DNA from: Candidatus Levyibacteriota bacterium
GTDB taxonomy: Bacteria; Patescibacteriota; Microgenomatia; Levybacterales; UBA12049
NCBI GenBank assembly: GCA_043823085.1
Contig: JBDRBE010000001.1
Coordinates: 47,267-111,266 of the forward strand
Reading direction: 5' to 3'
Length of the DNA: 64,000 nt
In this document: one piece after another, positions 54,177 to 62,965 of the stretch
Numbering within the stretch: the first letter of the stretch is position 1
How the letters are laid out: each line of letters begins with the position of its first letter
Notes under the pieces: model-generated
What the model was told of the DNA's origin: nothing
The model's database searches: none
Seen by the model: the letters and a program-made list of their open reading frames with translations, nothing else
Translations under genes and position numbers: made by a program

Positions 54177-54559
54177 AATTCCAAACCTCCTTCTCTTGCG
54201 CCTTGTGCAAGAGATTTAATTCTACCATGATAAATATAACCTCCTCTGTCAAAAACAACTTTCTTAATTTTTTTCTCCAATGCTTTTTTTGCCAAAACCA
54301 TCCCCAGATTTTTAGCCTGAATTGATTTTTGTCCCCCTTGCCTGCCGGCAGGCCCGCCTGCCGAGCGGGCAGGCTGGTTTTTTTCTTCCAAGTGACTTTC
54401 TGTCATTCCTAATATTGTTTTTCCTTCTTCGTCATTAATTAACTGAACGTAAATGGCTTTATTTGACCTAAAAACAGAAAGCCTTGGCCTTTCTTTGGTC
54501 CCCCTGACTTTACTTCTTACTCTGGATTGTCTTTTTATTTTATTTTTGTTCTTATTCAT
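54173..54559 (-). CDS. rplR: 50S ribosomal protein L18 with a GC-rich in-frame insertion
   Basis: [18 protein letters not shown] ... [28 protein letters not shown]. It carries an extra [15 protein letters not shown] segment encoded by palindromic GC-rich DNA at 54338-54380. Confidence 0.9.
   Translation of the reverse strand: MNKNKNKIKRQSRVRSKVRGTKERPRLSVFRSNKAIYVQLINDEEGKTILGMTESHLEEKNQPARSAGGPAGRQGGQKSIQAKNLGMVLAKKALEKKIKKVVFDRGGYIYHGRIKSLAQGAREGGLEF
54338..54380. repeat. GC-rich palindromic in-frame insert within rplR (cctgccggcagg ... gcctgccgagcgggcaggc)
   Basis: 12-nt perfect palindrome cctgccggcagg (54341-54352), followed by the hairpin gcctgcc-gagcg-ggcaggc. It sits in an otherwise AT-rich gene. 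Confidence 0.6.
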
Positions 54560-54570
54560 ATACTATACGC

Positions 54571-55122
54571 TTACTTTGCTCCAACTGTTTTTGCAGCCTT
54601 ACCTGCTTTTCTCTTAATTTTTTCTCCAAAATAAGATATTCCTTTTGCTTTGTATGGATCCGGCGGACGTATCGCTCTAATTTTGGCAGCCATATCTCCA
54701 ACTATTGTCTTATCAATTCCCATCACCGTAATTACATTTTCCGTAACTGAAAATTTAATTCCATTTTTAGCTTCAACCTTTACAGGATGCGAAAATCCAA
54801 GTGATAATATAAGATCATCGCCTGTTAAACTGACTCTATATCCGACACCTGACAATTCCAATTTTTTTTCAAAACCCTGCGATACTCCTTTAACCATATT
54901 GGCAATTAAAGCCCTTGTTAATCCAAATAGTGCTTTTGAATCTTCGGAACTTTCTTTCTTTTGAGAAACAATTACCTTTTTATCAAGAACTTTTACCTCA
55001 ATTTGTTTTGGGAACGAGTAAGACAATGATCCTTTAGGACCACCAACTTCAACAGTTCCATCATTGATGGTAACTGTAACTCCCTCTTTTATTTCAACTG
55101 GTATTTTCCCTATTTTTGACAT
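54571..55122 (-). CDS. rplF: 50S ribosomal protein L6
   Basis: MSKIGKIPVEIKEGVTV ... two L6 repeats. Confidence 0.9.
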   Translation of the reverse strand: MSKIGKIPVEIKEGVTVTINDGTVEVGGPKGSLSYSFPKQIEVKVLDKKVIVSQKKESSEDSKALFGLTRALIANMVKGVSQGFEKKLELSGVGYRVSLTGDDLILSLGFSHPVKVEAKNGIKFSVTENVITVMGIDKTIVGDMAAKIRAIRPPDPYKAKGISYFGEKIKRKAGKAAKTVGAK

Positions 55123-55128
55123 AGATTT

Positions 55129-55518
55129 CTACCAAATTTTAAAAAGAATTTCTCCTCCAAGACCCTTTTTCCTTGCTTGATACCCTGCCATAATTCCCTG
55201 ATTTGTCGAAACAACTGAAATTCCCAAACCGCCCTGAATTTTTGTCAGGTTTTTTGCGCCAATATAAATTCTAAGAGAAGGTTTTGAAACAACCTCGCAA
55301 TCGGAAAAAACCGGTACTCTTTTTTCGTAGCGTATTTTTCCAACTAAAATTTTCTTACCATTTGTAGTCTCTTCCTTTAAATCCTCAAGATAATTTTCTT
55401 TAACCAAAACCTTAGCGATTTCCTTACCCATTTTTGAATAAGCAAATTCAACTTGTTTTCGTTTTGCCATACAAGCATTTTTTAGCCTAATAACCAAATC
55501 CGAAACTAAATAATTCAT
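55129..55518 (-). CDS. rpsH: 30S ribosomal protein S8
   Basis: DLVIRLKNACMAKRKQVEF ... GGEILFKIW. Confidence 0.9.
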   Translation of the reverse strand: MNYLVSDLVIRLKNACMAKRKQVEFAYSKMGKEIAKVLVKENYLEDLKEETTNGKKILVGKIRYEKRVPVFSDCEVVSKPSLRIYIGAKNLTKIQGGLGISVVSTNQGIMAGYQARKKGLGGEILFKIW

Positions 55519-55523
55519 ATTAT

Positions 55524-55709
55524 TTACCAGGTCGCTTTATAAACCCCCGGAAGTTCTCCTTTCATTGCTAATTCTCTAAAGCAGATACGACAAATGCCAA
55601 AACGTCTCATATAAGCTCTTGGTCTGCCACAAAGTTTACATCGATTCTTGTTTCTGACCGCGAATTTTTGTTTCTTTAAAAGATTAACAACGTTTGATTT
55701 TTTTGCCAT
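55524..55709 (-). CDS. rpsZ: 30S ribosomal protein S14, type Z (zinc-binding)
   Basis: 61 aa. [25 protein letters not shown]. Confidence 0.9.
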   Translation of the reverse strand: MAKKSNVVNLLKKQKFAVRNKNRCKLCGRPRAYMRRFGICRICFRELAMKGELPGVYKATW

Positions 55710-55735
55710 ATTTTTGATTTTTGATATTTAATTTT

Positions 55736-56308
55736 TTATTTTGCGAATGGCATGCCCAATATTTTCAAAAGTGCGCTGCCTTCCTCATTGTTTTTAGCCG
55801 TTGTGACAATAACCACTTCAAGTCCTTGTATTTTATCAACTTTCGAAGGATCAATTTCAGGGAAAACAGTATACTCATTAAAACCAAGTGAGTAATTACC
55901 GCGTCCGTCAAAACTCTTTTGGCTTACGCCATGAAAATCTCTAAGTCTTGGAAGCACAATATTTGTCAATTTTTCGAAAAAAGAATACATTCTTTTTCCC
56001 CTTATTGTTACTGTCAATCCAATCTCGTCTCCTTGTCTTAATTTAAAAGAAGAAATTGCCTTTTTTGCCTTTGTGACTTTTGGTTTTTGACCTGAAAGGG
56101 CAGCTAGAATTACAGACGCTTTCTCAACATTCTTTTTATCGGAGAGTGCATCTTTTACGCCCAAATTAAGCACAATTTTTGATAGCTTGGGTAGAGCCAT
56201 CAAATTTTTTGCACCAAGTTCTTCTTTTAATTTTGTCCGCCAGTCGGCGGATTCTGAATTAAATCTTGTTTGTAAAGCACTCATATTGTTTGTTTGCATT
56301 TCTTGCAA
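55736..56308 (-). CDS. rplE: 50S ribosomal protein L5
   Basis: NLMALPKLSKIVLNLGV ... ITIVTTAK. Confidence 0.9.
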   Translation of the reverse strand: MQEMQTNNMSALQTRFNSESADWRTKLKEELGAKNLMALPKLSKIVLNLGVKDALSDKKNVEKASVILAALSGQKPKVTKAKKAISSFKLRQGDEIGLTVTIRGKRMYSFFEKLTNIVLPRLRDFHGVSQKSFDGRGNYSLGFNEYTVFPEIDPSKVDKIQGLEVVIVTTAKNNEEGSALLKILGMPFAK

Positions 56309-56619
56309 ATTCTTAATTTTTTGTCTTTTTCAATTGAAAATCCGACCCTTGTTGCCAAATGACATTTCGGACAAACCAATACAACGTTTGTAATAGACAT
56401 TGGTTTGGTTATGGTTATAATTTCCGATTTTTGATTCTGTGCCCTTGCTTTTAAATGCCTTTTGTACTGATTAATTCCGGCAATCAAAATAAGACCTTTT
56501 TTAGAAAAAACTTTTTCTATTTTTCCGCTTTTTCCTTTATCTTTTCCCAAAACTACTTTGACTTCATCTCCTTTTCGCAACTTATAACTTATAACTTGTA
56601 ATTTATAACTTTTTTTCAT
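56281..56619 (-). CDS. rplX: 50S ribosomal protein L24 with C-terminal C4 zinc-ribbon extension
   Basis: [25 protein letters not shown] (KOW). The C-terminus has CPKC...CKKC. The N-terminus contains the TTATAAC tandem-like repeat ([12 protein letters not shown]). Confidence 0.85.
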   Translation of the reverse strand: MKKSYKLQVISYKLRKGDEVKVVLGKDKGKSGKIEKVFSKKGLILIAGINQYKRHLKARAQNQKSEIITITKPMSITNVVLVCPKCHLATRVGFSIEKDKKLRICKKCKQTI

Positions 56620-56990
56620 ACTATCTCAACTGCCATGCTGGCAATTTTAGCAAATCCTTTATTTTTAATTTCTCTTGCGATTGGTCCAAAAATTCTTGTC
56701 CCTATAGGATTTTTATCTTTTGGATTATCTATTAAAACAGCCGCATTTTCAGAGAAACGAACATATGACCCATCCGGTCTTCTTTGTTCTTTTTTACATC
56801 TGACCAAGACTGTCTTAACAATTTCTCCATCCTTTACATTCCCTGCCGGATTAGCTTCTTTAACCACACAGTTCAAAATATCTCCTATATATCCAAATTT
56901 TCTTTTCGAACCGCCGAAGATATGAATTACCATGAGTAATTTCGCTCCGGAATTATCTGCAACTTTTAACATTGTTCTATGCTGAATCAT
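56616..56990 (-). CDS. rplN: 50S ribosomal protein L14
   Basis: [17 protein letters not shown]. Confidence 0.9.
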   Translation of the reverse strand: MIQHRTMLKVADNSGAKLLMVIHIFGGSKRKFGYIGDILNCVVKEANPAGNVKDGEIVKTVLVRCKKEQRRPDGSYVRFSENAAVLIDNPKDKNPIGTRIFGPIAREIKNKGFAKIASMAVEIV

Positions 56991-57295
56991 TTGGCCTCCT
57001 TCTTCTTAACCTGTTTTTTAACCTTAATTTCAGCTTTTACCGTAACTGGCGCCTTTGGCTCTTCGGTTTTAATAATTTTTGAAATTTTAAAGTGTTTTTC
57101 TTTAGAAATGGGCCTAATTTTGAAAAACTCCACAAAATCTCCTACTAAAACATTAAAACCTTGAGTATCAACTTTATAACTCTTATTCTTTTTAGAAACC
57201 CTTTTATAGAGCTTATGAACAGTCTTTCGCGTAACCTGCACAACTGCTGTGTTATTCATTTTATTTGAAACAATAATTCCTTCAAATTTTTGCAT
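56987..57295 (-). CDS. rpsQ: 30S ribosomal protein S17
   Basis: [38 protein letters not shown]. Confidence 0.85.
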   Translation of the reverse strand: MQKFEGIIVSNKMNNTAVVQVTRKTVHKLYKRVSKKNKSYKVDTQGFNVLVGDFVEFFKIRPISKEKHFKISKIIKTEEPKAPVTVKAEIKVKKQVKKKEAK

Positions 57296-57299
57296 AATT

Positions 57300-57515
57300 T
57301 TATTTTTTTAAGCTAACCTCCAATTTTTTTTCTTCCAAAATAGTCAAGATTCTTGCGACTTCTTTTCTTTTTTCAAAGACAGAACGTAAATTCTTAAGTT
57401 TTTTTTGAAATTTATCCAGTTTTAATTGAAAAAGCTCGTTTTTTAATTCCAAAAATCTTGCTTTTAACTCCGGTATTGTTTTTGTATGTAATTCTTTTTT
57501 TGCTTTTGTTTTCAT
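57300..57515 (-). CDS. rpmC: 50S ribosomal protein L29
   Basis: 71 aa. ELHTKTIPELKARFLELKNELFQLKL. Confidence 0.85.
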   Translation of the reverse strand: MKTKAKKELHTKTIPELKARFLELKNELFQLKLDKFQKKLKNLRSVFEKRKEVARILTILEEKKLEVSLKK

Positions 57516-57523
57516 TTTATTTA

Positions 57524-57940
57524 TTAATCAAACATTTGCTTTTCTACAATTCTTGTTTTAACAGGCAATTTGTGAGACGCCAGGCGAAGAGCAGACATAG
57601 CAATATCACGAGTTATGCCTCCCATCTCAAACATCATCCTGCCGGGCTTTACAGATGCCACGTACTCATATACTTCTCCCTTACCGCTGCCCATTCTTGT
57701 TTCGGCCGGTTTCTTGGTAATTGGTTTATCAGGAAAAATCCGAATCCAAATCCGACCGCCTCTTTGGGTATAATGAGTAATTGCTCTTCGTGCCGCCTCG
57801 ATTTGCCGGCTGGTCACCCATCCCATTCCCAGTGAAATGAGTCCGAATTCTCCAAAGGAAATTTTTGTGCCGTTATGGGCATTTCCTCTCATCATTCCTC
57901 TTTGCTGTTTTCTAAATTTCGCTCTTTTTGGAACTAACAT
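57524..57940 (-). CDS. rplP: 50S ribosomal protein L16
   Basis: [15 protein letters not shown] ... RMGSGKG. Confidence 0.9.
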   Translation of the reverse strand: MLVPKRAKFRKQQRGMMRGNAHNGTKISFGEFGLISLGMGWVTSRQIEAARRAITHYTQRGGRIWIRIFPDKPITKKPAETRMGSGKGEVYEYVASVKPGRMMFEMGGITRDIAMSALRLASHKLPVKTRIVEKQMFD

Positions 57941-57942
57941 AA

Positions 57943-58594
57943 TTATTTCTCCTCCGGTCTATTTATCCAAACTTTTACTCCAATATAGCCTTTTTTAGTT
58001 AAAGCCGGAACACTGGCAAAACTAATATGCTCGCGGATCGTTGAAAGCGGAACCTTACCGATATGTAATTTTTCCCTGCGGCTGATTTCCGCTCCGGCTA
58101 TTCTCCCCGATAGTAAAATTCTTACTCCTTTTGCTCCTGAACTCATAACCCTTTCTCCGGCCGAAAACAGTGCACGTTTATAAGGCATTCTCTTAATCAA
58201 CTGCTCGGAAATGTTCTTTGCAACCAAGTATGCGTCGAGATTTGGTTCTTTAATTGGTTCAACTTTAATATCTAGTTTTGGCAAATTCTTTGTATTTTTT
58301 TTTAGTTTTATTTAAAATAGCAACAAGGAATTTTTTTAAATCATCAAGTCCTGTTCCGCCTCTGCCAATTACGATTCCAGGCCTTGAAACATAAATTATC
58401 AATTTTAAACTATTTATTGATCTTTCAATTTCTACCCTGGCAATGCCGGCAATTCTTAATTTTTCCATTAAAGCTTTTCGAAGAGTATAATCTTCAAAAA
58501 GAACATCTTTATATCTTTTACTGTCAAACCAACGGCTTTCCCAGTTATAAATTGTTCCAAGTCTTAAAACTTGCGGATTAACTTTTTGCCCCAC
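57943..58594 (-). CDS. rpsC: 30S ribosomal protein S3, interrupted by a frameshift at an A9 homopolymer (two ORFs: 58265-58594 N-part from a GTG start, 57943-58284 C-part)
   Basis: The N-part reads [13 protein letters not shown]...GIVIGRGG (KH domain) and ends 8 codons after the A9 run at 58295-58303. The C-part ([19 protein letters not shown]...[20 protein letters not shown]...YIGVKVWI) is in the +1 frame. Deleting one A joins them into a normal S3. Confidence 0.85.
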
Positions 58595-58595
58595 A

Positions 58596-58896
58596 GAACC
58601 TCCTTCCAGCCCGCCCCGCTTCGCTTGGCGAGGCCGGGGTCGGTAATAAACCAATGCTACAAATAAACAAATAATTTAATTTGCGGACAACCCGAAGCGG
58701 GTGACGCGAGGAAGTTTGGCGCGGGGAGGCGTAAAATTTTCGCAGTTCGCATTTCGAGCTTACAACTTTTGATGGAAATTTCAAAAGACTCCAGGGTTTT
58801 ATTCTGTTTCGAATTAAATCCAAACTGTTGCGAGTTGCGGAACAAGAAAACTTTTGCGCCGACCTAAGCGCCTTCTGCAACTTTTGACAGACACAA
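58596..58896. repeat. roughly 300-nt GC-rich mosaic insert between rpsC and rplV (hairpin 58610-58643; 20-mer shared with the rplC-rplD insert at 58692-58711; transketolase-homologous block 58716-58872)
   Basis: Normally rplV and rpsC abut. The sequence cccgaagcgggtgacgcgag is identical to 61265-61284. The 58721-58759 and 58823-58872 segments match transketolase 1572-1613 and 1651-1700 at roughly 85% identity, including identical runs of 15 and 13 nt. Confidence 0.6.
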
Positions 58897-59241
58897 TTAT
58901 TTCTTTTCATTTTTTTCCTCCAATACTATTCTTATATTACTTGATCTTTTTTTAAAAGGATGAACCCTGCCTCTGGTTGAGGGTTTAAACCTTTTAAGAG
59001 CCGGGCCGCCTGAAACATTAATACTTTTAATAATTAAATTCTCTTTTTGCAGCTTTGCATTATTAATTGCATTTGCCAAAGCGCTTTTTAAAGTTTTTAA
59101 AAGCGAAGTTGCCGCTCTTTTATTTGCCAGACTTAAAGCATTTATTGCTTGCTCAATTGACATATTGCGCACCATATCGGCAAGTAAACTCACCTTTCTT
59201 GGACTTATTTTAACTGATTTGCTTTCTGCTTTTATTTCCAT
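58897..59241 (-). CDS. rplV: 50S ribosomal protein L22
   Basis: KISPRKVSLLADMVRNMSIEQAINAL. Confidence 0.9.
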   Translation of the reverse strand: MEIKAESKSVKISPRKVSLLADMVRNMSIEQAINALSLANKRAATSLLKTLKSALANAINNAKLQKENLIIKSINVSGGPALKRFKPSTRGRVHPFKKRSSNIRIVLEEKNEKK

Positions 59242-59245
59242 ATTC

Positions 59246-59530
59246 TTAAGTTTTTGAAATCTCTCTTGCTACAACTCTTCCATGAGTTCTAAAAGTTCTG
59301 GTTGGAGAAAATTCTCCAAGCCTGTAACCCACCATCGCTTCTACAATATAAACATTGATAAAAACTCTTCCGTTATGAACGGAGAATGTATGGCCAACAA
59401 ATTCCGGCGGAATCTGGCACGCCCTGCTCCATGTTTTAATAGGGTTTTTATCACCTGTTTCTTTTTGTTTTAAAACTTTTTTAAGTATTCTTTTGTCCAC
59501 ATATGGACCTTTTTTTGCACTTCTTCCCAT
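59246..59530 (-). CDS. rpsS: 30S ribosomal protein S19
   Basis: [18 protein letters not shown] ... [10 protein letters not shown]. Confidence 0.9.
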   Translation of the reverse strand: MGRSAKKGPYVDKRILKKVLKQKETGDKNPIKTWSRACQIPPEFVGHTFSVHNGRVFINVYIVEAMVGYRLGEFSPTRTFRTHGRVVAREISKT

Positions 59531-60270
59531 TATTTTTTCCTCCTCTGTATTATATATTTATTCGAATATTTATTTCTGTCTCTGGTTTTTCCAACCGCTC
59601 TTCTCCCCGTATAAGTCTTTTGATACTTAAGACCAACGCTGCTTCTTCCTTCTCCTCCGCCGTGAGGATGAGATCTCGGATTCTGAGCAACTCCTCTAAC
59701 CGTTGGCCTTATACCCATATGTCTTTTTCTTCCGGCTTTGCCAAAAAATTCATTTTTCCAATCAATATTACCAAGCTGTCCAATTGTTGCAAAACATTCC
59801 TCGCGAATTCTGCGCATTTCCCCCGATGGCATTTTAAGATGGGCAAAATTATTCTCAATGGCCGAAATTATAATCGATGTTCCGGCGCTTCTTGCCAATT
59901 GCCCGCCTCTGCCTTTAACAATTTCAACGTTGTGAATAATTGTTCCAATTGGCATCTTTTTTAAAGGAAGAGTATTACCAACTTTTGTTTCAGCATCCTG
60001 CCCGGAAATAACTTCATCGTTTAAATTTAAACCCTCGGGTTTGAGAATATATCTCTTTTCTCCATCTGTGTATTGTATCAAAGCTATGTCACAAGTTCTA
60101 TTGGGATCATATTCTACTGAAATGACTTTTCCTTTAATATTAATCTTGTCTCTTTTAAAATCAATCACTCTAAGAAAACGCTTCTGTTCTCCGCCTTGAT
60201 GCCTAACAACGACTTTTCCGCTTACGTCTCTTCCCGAATTTTTCTTTCTGATAAATTTTAATTTACTCAT
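59530..60270 (-). CDS. rplB: 50S ribosomal protein L2
   Basis: GRNYNR ... PHGGGEGR signature ([19 protein letters not shown]). Confidence 0.9.
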   Translation of the reverse strand: MSKLKFIRKKNSGRDVSGKVVVRHQGGEQKRFLRVIDFKRDKINIKGKVISVEYDPNRTCDIALIQYTDGEKRYILKPEGLNLNDEVISGQDAETKVGNTLPLKKMPIGTIIHNVEIVKGRGGQLARSAGTSIIISAIENNFAHLKMPSGEMRRIREECFATIGQLGNIDWKNEFFGKAGRKRHMGIRPTVRGVAQNPRSHPHGGGEGRSSVGLKYQKTYTGRRAVGKTRDRNKYSNKYIIQRRKK

Positions 60271-60303
60271 AACTTATAATTAGTAATTAGTAATTAGTAA
60301 TTT

Positions 60304-60597
60304 TTATGTGCCTGCTTCAAAAAGATCAATTTTTTGACCTTTCAAAAGTTCTACAACCGCTTTTTTAAAATCTGCTTTTTTGACTTCTTTTCTTCTTATT
60401 CCAACTCTCGCCGATCTTCCTTTAATAATAATCGTTGAAACTCCTATCACTTTTACTTTAAATTTTTCTTCAACTGCTTTTTTAATTTCTTTTTTATTTG
60501 AATCTTTAGCTACCAAAAAAGTAAATTTTCCCTTACCAACATCATTCATTGATTTTTCCGTAATAATTGGCTTAATAATAATTTGTCCTGCATCCAT
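60304..60597 (-). CDS. rplW: 50S ribosomal protein L23
   Basis: IIKPIITEKSMNDVGKGKFTFLVAKDSNKKEIKKAVEEKFKVKV. Confidence 0.9.
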   Translation of the reverse strand: MDAGQIIIKPIITEKSMNDVGKGKFTFLVAKDSNKKEIKKAVEEKFKVKVIGVSTIIIKGRSARVGIRRKEVKKADFKKAVVELLKGQKIDLFEAGT

Positions 60598-60600
60598 AAT

Positions 60601-61242
60601 TTATTTCTCCTTTAAAAAATAATCCTTGGCTTCCTCTAATGCCTCTTTGGCAAAAATAAGCACTTTATTATTTAAAATTTGATAAGTATTAATTGTATTT
60701 ACCAATATAAAGCTTGTATTTTCAATATTTCTTACAGCCCTCATAATATTTTCCGCGTCTTTTGGCAAAACCAGCATAATTTTTTTACCAGAAAGTTCCA
60801 AGTTTTTTAAAGTGTTTGCCATATTTTTTGTTTTTGGCTCCAGGGTTTTTAGCCCTTTTATAATTTTTATTTCTTGGTCTTTTAATTTTGCAGAAAGTGC
60901 CGAAAATAAAGCCGATCTTTTCATTTTTTTAGAGAGTTTTAGCGAATAATCTCTTGGTTTTGGTCCAAAAGCAAGTCCTCCCTTAACAAAAATCGGAGCT
61001 CGTATTGATCCATGTCTTGCCCGGCCTGTTCCTTTTTGCTTATATATTTTTCGACTTGATCCTTTGACCTCACTTCTGGTTTTGGTTGAAGCTGTTCCTG
61101 TTCTCTGATTTGCTAAATAAACTCTGACTGCTTGACTTATTAATACTTTATTTACTTTTACACCAAACATTTCTTTTGGTAATTCCATTGATTCAACAAC
61201 TTTTCCTTTTAAATCGTAAACGTCAACTTTTAAACTACCCAT
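60601..61242 (-). CDS. rplD: 50S ribosomal protein L4
   Basis: The true start is MGSLKVDVYDLKGK... at 61242. The listed ORF extends to 61431 only because the GC-rich insert has no in-frame stop. Confidence 0.85.
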   Translation of the reverse strand: MGSLKVDVYDLKGKVVESMELPKEMFGVKVNKVLISQAVRVYLANQRTGTASTKTRSEVKGSSRKIYKQKGTGRARHGSIRAPIFVKGGLAFGPKPRDYSLKLSKKMKRSALFSALSAKLKDQEIKIIKGLKTLEPKTKNMANTLKNLELSGKKIMLVLPKDAENIMRAVRNIENTSFILVNTINTYQILNNKVLIFAKEALEEAKDYFLKEK

Positions 61243-61402
61243 CTTGCTTCTCAAATCGCGGGGAGCCCGAAGCGGGTGACGCGAGCCAGAGACCTTGCTG
61301 GCACGCAGTCCGCCAGTTGGCGGATTAGCCGTACGAGTACCAGCGAGATGGCGAGCGGCAGGACCCGCGAGGGCGACCTTTGATTTTTGATTTTTGATTT
61401 TT
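61243..61402. repeat. 160-nt GC-rich insert (about 65% GC) between rplC and rplD, with internal palindromes
   Basis: It contains cccgaagcgggtgacgcgag (61265-61284, identical to 58692-58711), the palindrome ccgccagttggcgg, inverted ends tcgcgggg...cccgcga, and then (GATTTTT)x3. Confidence 0.6.
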
Positions 61403-62182
61403 TTAACTGGCATTTTCATCCTCTTTACCATCCGTAGCTTTAGCGGAGGATGGCTTTACCTCCTTGCCCTCTGAAGCTTTAGCGAAAGAGGGCTTTTTTT
61501 CTGGCTCTTTTGATTCTTCAATTAAAGCTTCTTTGTAAAGCGGTACGAACTTTTTATCTTCCCCGACTTTTTTAATTGAAACAAGGCTATTTTTTGGCCC
61601 AGGAACCAATCCTTTTATTAAAACTAAATTGTCTAAGACATCCGCTACAATTTGGTTTTTGATTGTCACATTTTCATGCCCCATTCTCCCTGCCATTCTT
61701 TTTCCTTTGTAAACTCTTCCCGGTGTAGTGGTTTGACCGATTGACCCCGGCGCTCTTTCTCTGTCTGACTGACCGTGAGTTCTTGGTCCGCCTTTAAAAT
61801 GATGTCTTTTAACAACGCCTGCGTAACCTTTTCCTTTGGAAACGCCTGAAACATCAACAATATCTCCCGGCTTTAATACATCTTGAGCATTGATAGTCTC
61901 TCCAAGTTTTGGAGAATCGGAGATTTCGTTTACTCTTACTTCGCGCAAAAAATGAGGAGCAACTTTTAAGTTTGCTCCTTTGATATGCCCTTGCAATGCT
62001 TTTGACGGATGCTTTTTAGTTCCAAGACCAATTTGAAGGCTGTTATAGCCATTTTTATCTTTATTCTTAACCATGGCAACAACATTACCGGAAACATTAA
62101 TTTCCGTCACAGGTATTCTTGTTCCATCTTCCAAAAACTTTTGTGTTTGTTTTTGTTTTATTCCAAAAATTTGATTAATCAT
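61403..62182 (-). CDS. rplC: 50S ribosomal protein L3 (with Lys/Glu-rich C-terminal extension)
   Basis: MINQIFGIKQKQTQKF ... GVSKGKGYAGVVKRHHF. Confidence 0.9.
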   Translation of the reverse strand: MINQIFGIKQKQTQKFLEDGTRIPVTEINVSGNVVAMVKNKDKNGYNSLQIGLGTKKHPSKALQGHIKGANLKVAPHFLREVRVNEISDSPKLGETINAQDVLKPGDIVDVSGVSKGKGYAGVVKRHHFKGGPRTHGQSDRERAPGSIGQTTTPGRVYKGKRMAGRMGHENVTIKNQIVADVLDNLVLIKGLVPGPKNSLVSIKKVGEDKKFVPLYKEALIEESKEPEKKPSFAKASEGKEVKPSSAKATDGKEDENAS

Positions 62183-62210
62183 ATTCTTAAGTCTTCAAAG
62201 AAGCGGAAAA

Positions 62211-62238
62211 CCAAAAAAGCGACCCCATAGAGTCGCTT
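62211..62238 (-). terminator. rho-independent terminator / attenuator between the deaminase gene and rplC
   Basis: Minus strand: AAGCGACtctatgggGTCGCTT (7-bp stem) followed by TTTTTTggTTTT. The hairpin ends only about 25 nt before the rplC ATG. Confidence 0.6.
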
Positions 62239-62393
62239 AAATATTCAGGATTTCTCCCAAAAACTAGCTATACTATGAAGTCAGAACCACCTCCTCGCGT
62301 TTTGTCATGACTAAGTAATTGATGTAATTATATAACGAGTGTGTACGAAATGCAATAAGCCAGGAGTAAAACGGAAATGAGACAATTTTGAAA

Positions 62394-62888
62394 TTATGTG
62401 TATGGAGCTAATAGAGCGCGGACAAACTCTAGTCTGGGAAAATTCGGATTCTTATTTAAAAACTCCCGCATGAGAACAATTTCTTCATTCTCCAAAATAT
62501 CACCTACCATTTCAGGAACTTTTTGCCCACTTTTTTTAATGACATTAACAAATTGCGAGCCTCCATTAGGCACAGCACGCATACCAAAAACAATTTTATC
62601 AACAGCCGTTAACATGGCAGCGCCCAAGCACATCACACAAGGTTCGAGTGTTGTATATAATACAAGAGGTCTAGGCGCAGTCCAAACCAAATCTTTTGCT
62701 TTTCGAAGAGTAAGCCATTCTGCATGTACAGTAATAGATTTTGATCGAAGTTGTTGGCTATGTCCTTTTCCAATTAACCGATCATTGGCTACGAGCACCG
62801 AGGCAATTGGTAATTCACCTATCGCCAATGCTCTCTTTGCCTCTTTTAAAGCAAGACGCATCCAGTGTTCATCGCGATTGACTGCCAT
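62394..62888 (-). CDS. CDA-fold nucleoside/nucleotide deaminase (TadA/guanine-deaminase-like) embedded between rpsJ and rplC
   Basis: 164 aa. Zinc ligand motifs HAEWLTL (H-A-E) and EPCVMC (PCxxC). Confidence 0.75.
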   Translation of the reverse strand: MAVNRDEHWMRLALKEAKRALAIGELPIASVLVANDRLIGKGHSQQLRSKSITVHAEWLTLRKAKDLVWTAPRPLVLYTTLEPCVMCLGAAMLTAVDKIVFGMRAVPNGGSQFVNVIKKSGQKVPEMVGDILENEEIVLMREFLNKNPNFPRLEFVRALLAPYT

Positions 62889-62965
62889 AAAATACTAAAT
62901 TATTGAAATATTTTATCTTCACGAATATTTTACCAAAAACATGAAGGGGTTTCACATTTTTTGCA

